Origin: Candidatus Hydrogenedentes bacterium UBA6118
GTDB lineage: Bacteria > Hydrogenedentota > Hydrogenedentia > Hydrogenedentales > SLHB01
Assembly: GCA_002422525.1 (NCBI GenBank)
Contig: DIWA01000077.1
Span: 62,096 to 126,095 of the forward strand
Reading direction: 5' to 3'
Length of the DNA: 64,000 bases
Each line of letters begins with the position of its first letter. The stretch's first letter is position 1. The position numbers and the translations under genes were made by a program. Under the pieces are notes generated by a model, which worked only from the letters and a program-made list of their open reading frames with translations, made no database searches and was not told the origin of the DNA. Shown one piece after another: positions 49,566-57,595 of this stretch.

Positions 49566-50504
49566 CTAGCGGGCATCCCTGTTTCGGGTGAGGGTGACGA
49601 AAACGTCCTCGAGAGAGGGGCTGATCTCGGCGGCGGCGGCGGGGCCGAAGTCCGCGGCGTCGAGGTCGCGGACGAGCTGGCGTTCGTGTCCGGCCAGCAC
49701 GAGCGCATGGAGCGAGTCGCCGAAGATGGTGGCGTCCTGAACATAGGGCAGCGCGTTCATGTGGCGCATGGCGGCGGCGAGCATTCGGCAGCGGACCTCG
49801 AGACGGATGGTCGCCTCTGGGGTGACTTCGGGGAGGGTCTTGAGTTCGTTCGGCGTGCCGCAGACGATCAGCTTCGAGAAGTGGATGTAGGCGATGTGGC
49901 TGCACCGCTCGGCTTCGTCCATGTAATGAGTGGTGACGAAGAACGTGACGCCGCGGCCGGAGAGGTCGAAGAGCAGGTTCCAGAGCTCGCGTCGGGCGAC
50001 CGGGTCGATGCCGGCGGTGGGCTCGTCGAGGAAGAGCAGGCGCGGGCGGTGGACGAGGGCGCAGGCGAGGGCGAGGCGCTGTTTCCAGCCGCCGGAGAGG
50101 TGGCGCGCAAGGCGCTTGCGGTAGGCGCCGATGCCGACGATGTCGATGACTTCCTCGATGCGGTTGCGCATTTCGCGGCGGGGAATGGCGTAGATGCGGG
50201 CGTAGAAGTTGAGGTTCTCCATGACGGAGAGGTCGGCGTAGAGGCTGAACTGTTGCGACATGTAGCCGATGCTGCGTTTGACGGTCTCGACCTCGCGTTC
50301 GATGTCGTGGCCGAGGACCGAGGCGGATCCGCGCGAGGGGCGCAGGAGGCCGCAGAGCATGCGGATGACGGTGGACTTGCCGGATCCGTTGGGGCCGAGG
50401 AAGCCGAAGATGCTGCCCTGGTCGATGGAGAAGCTGACGTCGTCGACGGCGGTGAAGGAGCCGAACCGTCGGGTGAGGCCCTCTGCGGCGATCACGGGGC
50501 TCAC
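49566..50504 (-). CDS. ABC transporter ATP-binding protein (ABC-2 subfamily)
   Basis: Walker A GPNGSGKST, signature LSGGWKQRLALA, Walker B LLFLDEPTAGID. Confidence 0.85.
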   Translation of the reverse strand: MSPVIAAEGLTRRFGSFTAVDDVSFSIDQGSIFGFLGPNGSGKSTVIRMLCGLLRPSRGSASVLGHDIEREVETVKRSIGYMSQQFSLYADLSVMENLNFYARIYAIPRREMRNRIEEVIDIVGIGAYRKRLARHLSGGWKQRLALACALVHRPRLLFLDEPTAGIDPVARRELWNLLFDLSGRGVTFFVTTHYMDEAERCSHIAYIHFSKLIVCGTPNELKTLPEVTPEATIRLEVRCRMLAAAMRHMNALPYVQDATIFGDSLHALVLAGHERQLVRDLDAADFGPAAAAEISPSLEDVFVTLTRNRDAR

Positions 50505-51661
50505 TGGACGGGTTCCGTGAGGTCGAGGTGGGCGGTGGCGGTCATGCCGGCGCGCAGGCGGCCTTCGGCGGCGTCGAGGGCGATCTTGACGGCGAACATC
50601 TGCTGCACGCGCTCCTCCTGGGTCTGGAGGTTGCGCGGGGTGTATTCGCCCGTGGAGGCGATGTAGATGATCCGGCCTTCGAAGGTCTCGGCGCCGTGGG
50701 AGTCGGCGGTGATGGGCACGACGTCGCCCACCTGGATGAATCCGAGGGCGTGGGCGCTGACGTAGACGCGGAGTTCGAGTTCGTCGGGGCTGGCGACGCG
50801 CACGACGGGGCCGGGTTTGACGATATCGCCGGGGAGGACGTCGAGCGACTCGATGACGCCGTCCATGGGGGCGTAGATGCGCATCTCATCGGCGGAGGCT
50901 TCGGCCAGGGCAAGGGCGGCGGCGGCTTCGTCGCGCAGGGCGCGGGCCACGTCGACATCCTCGACGCGGGCGCCGTTGACCACCTCCTCGAGCAGGGCGG
51001 CGGTCTGGTCGCGGTTCGCCTTGGCGACGGCGATCTCTTCGGAGCGGGCGCCTTCGACGAGGGCATCGAGCTGTTCGCGCGCGGCGGTGAGTTCAGCCTG
51101 CGCCAGCTCGCGGGCCGTGCGGGCGGCATCCAGCATCTGCGCGGCGATCGCGCCCTCGGCGAAAAGGCGATCGGCGCGGCGGAAGTCGGCTTCGGCGTTG
51201 TCGAGCGCGGCCTGGGCGCCGCGGACCGCGGCGCGAGCGGCCTCGATCTCCTGCGATCGGGAGCCGGCAAGGGCCATGCGATACTGTTCCTCGGCGGCGG
51301 CGTGGGCGGCCTCGGCCTGGGAGATCTCCTCGGCGCGGGCGCCCGTCTCGATCTTGGCGAGGTTCGCCTCGGCCTGCGCCAGCTTGGCGCGGGCGGCGCT
51401 GACCTGGGCCTCGATCTCGCGGCCGTCCAGCTCGATGATCAGGTCGCCCTCGCGCACGGCGTCGCCTTCATCGGCATGCACGCGCAGGACGCGGCCGCCG
51501 ACCTTGGAGCCCGCGTCGACATAGACGCCTTCGATCTGGCCGGCGACTTCGAGATGGGTCGGCGGGCCCGACGGGCAGGCGACGAGGGCGGCCGCGAGGA
51601 TCCCGACGAGGAGGAGCGCCGCGGCGCGATTGCGGCGGGAAGGGGCGAGCGGGTACGTCAT
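50501..51661 (-). CDS. HlyD-family membrane-fusion (periplasmic adaptor) protein
   Basis: start MTYPLAPS at 51661; N-terminal TM, long Ala-rich coiled-coil, C-terminal beta-barrel; 4-bp overlaps with flanking genes. Confidence 0.75.
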   Translation of the reverse strand: MTYPLAPSRRNRAAALLLVGILAAALVACPSGPPTHLEVAGQIEGVYVDAGSKVGGRVLRVHADEGDAVREGDLIIELDGREIEAQVSAARAKLAQAEANLAKIETGARAEEISQAEAAHAAAEEQYRMALAGSRSQEIEAARAAVRGAQAALDNAEADFRRADRLFAEGAIAAQMLDAARTARELAQAELTAAREQLDALVEGARSEEIAVAKANRDQTAALLEEVVNGARVEDVDVARALRDEAAAALALAEASADEMRIYAPMDGVIESLDVLPGDIVKPGPVVRVASPDELELRVYVSAHALGFIQVGDVVPITADSHGAETFEGRIIYIASTGEYTPRNLQTQEERVQQMFAVKIALDAAEGRLRAGMTATAHLDLTEPVQ

Positions 51662-52342
51662 GCCTGCGCCTCCGCGGTGAGCATGCCGTGCGCGTAGATG
51701 TCGACGATCGTCTCGACGATTTCTTCCGGGTCCATCGGGGTGAACTCCTTTGCGCCGAAGACTTCTTGGGTGAGGGCGAACATGAAGAACGCGCCGAGCA
51801 GGCACCGAGCGGCGATGGCGGGGTTCATGGGGCGGAGCAGCCCCATGGCCTGGCCCATCTCGATCAGGCGGGCGGCTTGCAGGTCGGACTTGGTGAGGAT
51901 TTCCTCGAAATAGAGCTGTTTCAGCTCGGGCATGTGCGGGTACTCGCCGATCACGAGGGGGAGGGCTTGGGTGACCTCCGGGCTCATCAGCACGCGCAGG
52001 GACTGGATGCCGACGCGGCGGGTCAGCTCCTCGACGTTCTGGCCCTGATCGAGGCGGATCTCGGCGAAGAGGTCGAGAACCGCCTGGAACTGGGTGCGGA
52101 GCGTGGCGACAAACAGGTCCATCTTGCTCTCGAAGTAGAGGTAGATGGCGCCTTTGCTGATGCCGGCCTCCTCTGCGATCTCCTGCATGGTGGCGGCGCG
52201 GTAGCCCTTTTGCGAGAAGACGGCGAGGGCCGCGCGGGTGATCTGATGGGGGCGCTCGTCGGGTTGACGGCGCCACTTGGGTTCATTGTTGGGCAAGGTC
52301 ACGGGGGCGCTCCAAGTAACTGACTGGTCAGTTATATACCAC
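51658..52342 (-). CDS. TetR/AcrR-family transcriptional repressor of the efflux operon
   Basis: HTH ITRAALAVFSQKGYRAATMQEIAEEAGISKGAIYLYF; start taken at GTG 52342 just downstream of the palindromic operator (an ATG at 52362 is also possible). Confidence 0.75.
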
Positions 52343-52345
52343 GCG

Positions 52346-52363
52346 AGCCGGCTGTACGTCAAG
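52346..52363. promoter_or_regulatory. perfect palindrome TAACTGAC-TG-GTCAGTTA, probable TetR operator
   Basis: 8-2-8 inverted repeat immediately 5' of the TetR gene on the minus strand. Confidence 0.55.
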
Positions 52364-52450
52364 GAATGCGGGCGGATCGGGCGGGGGCGCTTGGCGCGAC
52401 ATCGTTCTTAGCCAAGACTCTGTTAGTATGGGAGTCAACCCACAGAGGGG

Positions 52451-52684
52451 ATGGCGATGCGCAAACGTCTGGTCAGACATGGGAACAGCCTGGCGCTGGT
52501 GATCGAGAAGCCGATTCTGGATCTGCTCGGCGTTGATGCGGAGACCGCGTCTGAGATCACAACCGATGGGCAGGCGCTGGTGTTGACGCCGGACCGCGAC
52601 CCGGAGCGCGGCGAGGCGTTTCGGTCGGCGCTGGAACAGGCGAACCGCACGTACGCCGAGGACTTGAAGCGGCTGGCGGAGTAG
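52451..52684 (+). CDS. AbrB/MazE/SpoVT-family antitoxin-like DNA-binding protein (orphan)
   Basis: 77 aa; VRHGNSLALVIEKPILDLLGV swapped-hairpin motif; followed only by a 13-codon ORF. Confidence 0.65.
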   Translation: MAMRKRLVRHGNSLALVIEKPILDLLGVDAETASEITTDGQALVLTPDRDPERGEAFRSALEQANRTYAEDLKRLAE

Positions 52685-52775
52685 CCAATGTTGGTGAGGT
52701 TCCTGCGCGAACACGGCAAGCGGGGCTGAGTCGGGGCCGGGGCCTGCCGTGTCCGCGCAGGGCGCGTGTGTGCGG

Positions 52776-54536
52776 CTATTGCGCTGAGGCGGCGCCGTTG
52801 GCGTCGAAGAGGGGGATGTCCCCGGGCGCATCAGCGGCGCGCATCTCGATGCGGGAGCAGTTCGCCGTGAGGGTGCGGGAATCGCCGTTGCCGGGCATGA
52901 CGTCGCAGGGCCGCCAGGACGCCGCGCGCAGCTCGAGCGTGACCTCGGAGGCGTCGGTCGCGGGGATGACGCCCGTGACGACGGCGGGTCCGGCGGTCTC
53001 GGGGAAGGCCGCGATGCGCTCGTCGCCCAGGTAGAGGCCCGCGGCGGCGTCGACGGCGTGCTCGGGGATGCCGACGTGGACCGTCACATTGTAGGCGACG
53101 CCCGGTGTGACGGGCAGCAGGAACCGCGAGCCGACCGTCGCCCAGCGCATCGTGGACTCGGGGTCGTCCGGGTCTTGCCCCTTCTCGCGACCGTACCAGC
53201 GGGTGAGGTAGGCGCGGTCGCCGGCGGCGCCGATGTCGATCGCGTAGGCTTTCGCGGCGCCGTCGGGCCAGGCGACGATGAACTCCTCGTTCAGGCCGGC
53301 CTGGGTGCGCGCGCCGGCCTGGTTCGTGAAGCGGAACCCGCCTTCGGCCTGGTTGGCGGTGAGGATCGCGGAGCGCACGGCGGGCCCGACCGCGACATGG
53401 GTGTCGCCGTCGAGGAAGGTGCAGCCTTGGATGATGGCCTTGCCGGCGTCGATCTCGATGGCGGGGCGTCCGGTGAAGCTGAAGTCCCAGTCGCAGAAGT
53501 GGCAGGCGTTCGCGGTGACCTGCGCCGCCTTGCTGCGCATCCAGATGCAGCGGTCGATCGGGCCCCAGAACGAGCAGTTGTTCAGGCTGACCTTGCCCCC
53601 CGAGACGGATTCGGCGATCTCGACGCAGACGGAGTCGGTGCTGGACCAGCGGCCGACGAATTCGCCGTTGGTGATGAGCAGGCCCGAGAGCTGGCATTGC
53701 TCGACGAGCACGGCCCGCTGGCAGGAGTCCGCCCCGATGCCGAGGAAGTTGCCGTTGCAGGCGCCCTTGTCCGACTGGGAGAACTTGTAGCCGACGCCGT
53801 AGCCGAAGCAGAAGGTGTTCGTGACGTACTGCCAGTCGGTGCGGGCGAACTCGAACGCGACGCCGTTGACGTTGACCCATTTGCAGAAGGGGTCGTCGGG
53901 CTTGTAGGCCACGCCGAACGGCCAGAAGTGGACGTTCTCGACGCGGCCGATGTCCATGCAGCCGTCCACGTAGAGCCCGCGCATGAGGGGATAGCCGTAG
54001 ACGTTGCGCACGAGATGGCGGTGGGCCGTGTCAAAGTGGATGCCTTCGTAGCAGGGCATCAGGCAGACGTCCTGCACGCTGACGTTCTCCGTGCCGTGCG
54101 AGTAGATCGTGGGCGGATAGGGGATGGGCGGCACGTCCTCCGTGCTGATCTCGGGGTAGCCGATGGTGATGCCCTTGATCGTGGCGCCCGTGCCCGCCAG
54201 CGTGATGAACGGGGCGCTGTCCGGGGCGCCGCGTCCCGCGAACGCATACAGCGAGGTCCCCTCGCCGGCTTCCCCGCCCTGTCGCCAACCGTTCGCCGGG
54301 GTGCGGAACACGCCCTCGAGCGTGACCGCCGCCGGGATGCGGAGCGTCCCGTCGATACGGTAGACCCCCGCCGGGATGCGTACGACGCCGCCGCCGGCGT
54401 CGCCCGCCGCGTCCAAAGCCTGTTGAAACGCCTCCGTGCAGTCCGCGGCGCCGTCGCCCACCGCGCCGTAATCCACGACGGACCAGTCCGCGGCGGCCGC
54501 CGCGGCGCACACCATGCCAATCACCAAGTGCAACAT
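52776..54536 (-). CDS. secreted right-handed beta-helix protein, pectate-lyase superfamily (GH28/GH55-like)
   Basis: start MLHLVIGMV after GAGGGAGG; signal peptide; DYGAVGDGAADCTEAFQQALDAAGDAGGGVVRIPAGVYRI is the Pectate_lyase_3 N-terminal signature. Confidence 0.7.
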   Translation of the reverse strand: MLHLVIGMVCAAAAAADWSVVDYGAVGDGAADCTEAFQQALDAAGDAGGGVVRIPAGVYRIDGTLRIPAAVTLEGVFRTPANGWRQGGEAGEGTSLYAFAGRGAPDSAPFITLAGTGATIKGITIGYPEISTEDVPPIPYPPTIYSHGTENVSVQDVCLMPCYEGIHFDTAHRHLVRNVYGYPLMRGLYVDGCMDIGRVENVHFWPFGVAYKPDDPFCKWVNVNGVAFEFARTDWQYVTNTFCFGYGVGYKFSQSDKGACNGNFLGIGADSCQRAVLVEQCQLSGLLITNGEFVGRWSSTDSVCVEIAESVSGGKVSLNNCSFWGPIDRCIWMRSKAAQVTANACHFCDWDFSFTGRPAIEIDAGKAIIQGCTFLDGDTHVAVGPAVRSAILTANQAEGGFRFTNQAGARTQAGLNEEFIVAWPDGAAKAYAIDIGAAGDRAYLTRWYGREKGQDPDDPESTMRWATVGSRFLLPVTPGVAYNVTVHVGIPEHAVDAAAGLYLGDERIAAFPETAGPAVVTGVIPATDASEVTLELRAASWRPCDVMPGNGDSRTLTANCSRIEMRAADAPGDIPLFDANGAASAQ

Positions 54537-54633
54537 GTCTCGATCCTCCCTCGTTGACCATCGCGATTCGACATTGTGCCACGAATGCCCCGCGATCGCC
54601 ACCCCGTTGAGTGAGAGGGGGGAGGGGGGGGGA

Positions 54634-54870
54634 TCAGAACCCCAGGTCGCCGTCCTCAATCCCAAGCGCGATCGCCACGGCCAGCGCGTTCCGGAGCATG
54701 AACGCGCCGTAGTTCCTCGCAAGCGCAACCAGATGCTCGGATGCGTCCGGCGTCCAGTCGCCGCCGTCCTGGAGCGCGCGCGTCAGGGATTCGGAATCAT
54801 CGGAGGCGATTCCGTCTAAGGTTGAACGATACTCCTCAACAAGCAGACCGACGTTTTCCATTGTCGCCAA
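54634..54870 (-). CDS. small acidic hypothetical protein
   Basis: 78 aa, 24-nt gap downstream of HNH gene on same strand; stop followed by C9 homopolymer on coding strand. Confidence 0.4.
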   Translation of the reverse strand: MATMENVGLLVEEYRSTLDGIASDDSESLTRALQDGGDWTPDASEHLVALARNYGAFMLRNALAVAIALGIEDGDLGF

Positions 54871-54893
54871 TGCTCATCCTCCTTCCCATGTGA

Positions 54894-55685
54894 TCACTCA
54901 CGGAAAACATTGGATTGATGCCACTCAAGGTAGCGTTGGTCCGGCAGAAATCTGTGCGGACGGATCACGGGCGCGTCGTGGTAAACGCAGATCAGATCCC
55001 GGATGCGTGTGTCCGCGCTGGCGCGCAACGATCCGCATATCGCGACCCTGAGTTCGGTGGTGAGGGTCAGCAGTCCGCGGTCAAAGAGCCGATCGAATGT
55101 CGCGCTCAGGCAGAGCCCGTTGCGCGGGTCCGTTCGGGACTGCTCCGAGACGCTCCAGGGAACAATGTGGCTCGCGACAAGAGCCTCGCGAACCCGAAGC
55201 CCCGTGACGCAGCAGGTCTGTTCGTAGCTGCTCAGGACGGCGTCTCTGAAGAACGCCTGGTGGATTCTGGCCTTCCGCGCGGCGATCTGTTCGGAAGGGC
55301 CCGTCGGGAGCGTCAGTTCTGAGCGCGACTCGCGACCCTGCCCTGCCGGAGCGCCCAATGCTTCGGGCAGTCTGCAGGCCTCGAGTGCGAGGCTGTTCCA
55401 GTCGTTGCTGAACGCGTCCCAGATCTCCGCATCCAGCTTGCTCGCATGAACGAGCCCGGAGACGCCGCGCTTCTGCAGCTCCGGGTCAAAGGCGCCGAAG
55501 TTGCCGAGTTTGCGGGCGACCCCGGCGGGCGACCGGCCGATGAGCTGCGCCAGGGAGACGACCCGCGGGTTGGTCGCCTTGGTTTGTCGGAAGGGGATCC
55601 GGCAGTAGAGATCCAACGCCAGGACCAATTCGTCTCGGGTCCAAGGAGCGCCGTAGTTCTTAGGATCAGGTTCAGATGTCGTCAT
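54894..55685 (-). CDS. HNH endonuclease family protein (HNH_2/PF13391-like; putative restriction or defence nuclease)
   Basis: C-terminal FRDAVLSSYEQTCCVTGLRVREALVASHIVPWS HNH core; N-terminal recognition-like domain. Confidence 0.65.
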   Translation of the reverse strand: MTTSEPDPKNYGAPWTRDELVLALDLYCRIPFRQTKATNPRVVSLAQLIGRSPAGVARKLGNFGAFDPELQKRGVSGLVHASKLDAEIWDAFSNDWNSLALEACRLPEALGAPAGQGRESRSELTLPTGPSEQIAARKARIHQAFFRDAVLSSYEQTCCVTGLRVREALVASHIVPWSVSEQSRTDPRNGLCLSATFDRLFDRGLLTLTTELRVAICGSLRASADTRIRDLICVYHDAPVIRPHRFLPDQRYLEWHQSNVFRE

Positions 55686-55729
55686 GGCGTCTTCATTCGC
55701 GTTCGACTAGACAAAAGTCGCCGGTTTTC

Positions 55730-55768
55730 TGATGGCATACTCCAGCATGGGGCGCGTTGTCCAGCAGG
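55730..55768. repeat. 39-bp direct repeat, copy 1 (TGATGGCATACTCCAGCATGGGGCGCGTTGTCCAGCAGG)
   Basis: identical to 59592-59630; lies 44 nt upstream of the HNH gene start and 87 nt downstream of gajB end. Confidence 0.9.
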
Positions 55769-55854
55769 TTGCGGCGCGGAGGAGCTGCGGTTTGTTCGCG
55801 GGAACGGGGGTGCGGCGGGGCGCTCCAGCCGACGTCGAAGCGATCAGCATCTGG

Positions 55855-57595
55855 TCACAGCTTATACTGGGAGAGAATCGGACAAGCAGGATAGGCCTCC
55901 CTCAGAACAAGCGTATGGACTCGCGCCCGCGTGATGGCGACACGCAGAATCTTACGGCTTCGCGGGTACGGCAGTGGGTCGTTCGGCCAAACGAGAGGTG
56001 AGGAATGTCGGCATCCAAAGATGATGACCGCATCGAATTGCTTGCCCTTTGATTTGTGTATAGTCATCACGTGAGTCCCCGTCAGGTCTTCCCCGCCCGA
56101 GAGGATCTGGTCCTCGGCTAACGCGGCGTCGAGTGCCCGGCGGGCCCCTAGGTATTGGCCGTGCTCTTCCCACAGCGAAGACAGGTTGGCTGCGATGCGC
56201 TTCCCCCGGTTGAAGGTGACAAGGTGTTCGACCTCACGGTCTACCGATAGGAGTTCGTCGACGTTCGTGCCACGCAGTATAGTTCTCATGTGCTCCCAGT
56301 CTTTTCGAGGGTTTCCGCTGAGTGGCGTGGTCCTGAGGTTTCGGACCAGTGCGTCCAGGCCCCTGTAGAGGGCTGCGGTGGTAGCTTTCCCCCCCCAGAC
56401 GAGTCTCGGACGCCCAATTCCGTAACTTCTCTGCACGCTCAAGAGAGGTCTTAGTGCCGTTGGCGCGGAACAGGGATGATAGCAGCTCCAAGGCCACCGC
56501 AAGATCTTCTGCTTCATTGCCCCGGATCTTCGGCTCCATCAGGAAGGCAACGAGTCGACTGGAGAGGAGCGTCTTCGAATCATCGAAGAGCACCTTGTGC
56601 GCTATGGGGTTAGGTGCTGCTCGCAACGCATTAGAGACGATCTTCGCGCCCCTGTCGAAACTAGTGAGGAAAGCAATGCTCTGCGGCGACTTTCCAGTAG
56701 CCTGCCTCACACGGGAGCACACGACTCCAACACTCTGCCTGATGCTGTGGTCGCGCTTGGCGGCTTCCGACTGAAACAAGAGCTGAGAGACTCCCGCATA
56801 GCCTCCCGGCCGACCTCTGGCAGCCAGAACGTCCGCCCCAAACGCAGCGATCTCGTTATCTGGACTGCGGTGATTCTCCGCGCCTAGATCCACGCGAACG
56901 GGCCTCAGGTCGGACTCGATCTGAGTAACCCGTTTCGGCCCAATTCCTGGAAGAAAATCGTAGATCTGTTGTTCTAGATCCGCGAGACATAGCAGTTGTG
57001 AGTGCTGAGCCAGCATCTTAACACACGTCCATTGCTCCGGTCCTGTATCTTGAGCTTCGTCGACAATAATCAGGGGATAATGCGCAGAAAGAATGCGCCG
57101 AATTCGCTCGCACCGGACTAACAGCTGTGCCGTTTTTGGCGCGAACAGGTCAAAAGCAGTCCGGCCTTCCTCTGCAAACAGTCGTTCGCGTTCTGTCGTC
57201 CAGTTGCGCCAGGCATCGGTCTTGCGCCGGGTAACGCCGCCCGACAGGGCCCGTTCATCGTGCGGGGCCAGAAGAGTGAGCCTCTTTGGAGCGCCAAGCA
57301 GATAGGCGTGAGTGCGCAGGATCTCCCAGAAGAAGGAGTGAAACGTCTGGATGGCGAGAAGCCCCTGATCCGCTCGTGGGATTCGCTCGCTAGCGGTTTC
57401 GGCGATTCGTGCAACGGCGGCGCGTGAGAAACTCAGGAAGAGCACCGCCTGACCCCTATTAAGGCCAGCTTCAATTCGATGCAGTGCCTTTAGAAGCGCA
57501 ATGGTCGTCTTGCCACTTCCGGGACCTCCCGTGACAAGGAGATGCCGTTGCTCGTGAAGTATCAGCTGGCGTTTTGGGCAGAGATCGAGCATCAC
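55855..57595 (-). pseudogene. gajB: GajB-like UvrD/Rep-family helicase, reading frame interrupted at G8 homopolymer
   Basis: ORF 56234-57595 has Walker A GGPGSGKT, motif II IIVDEAQD, motif III QQIYDF; ORF 55855-56517 in another frame carries the helicase C-terminal motifs (VMTIHKSKGKQFD, ITRAR); the two frames join at C8 run 56389-56396. Confidence 0.75.

Noticed and set aside
46771-52276. Upstream extensions of the solute-binding protein (to 49905) and HlyD (to 52276) ORFs
   Set aside because: The extensions are Arg/Pro-rich and overlap other supported genes. The true starts (48297 with lipobox signal peptide; 51661 with 4-bp overlap to TetR) are supported by RBS and N-terminal features.
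52685-52730. 13-codon ORF after the antitoxin as a real toxin gene
   Set aside because: Too short for any known toxin fold. Treated as a remnant.
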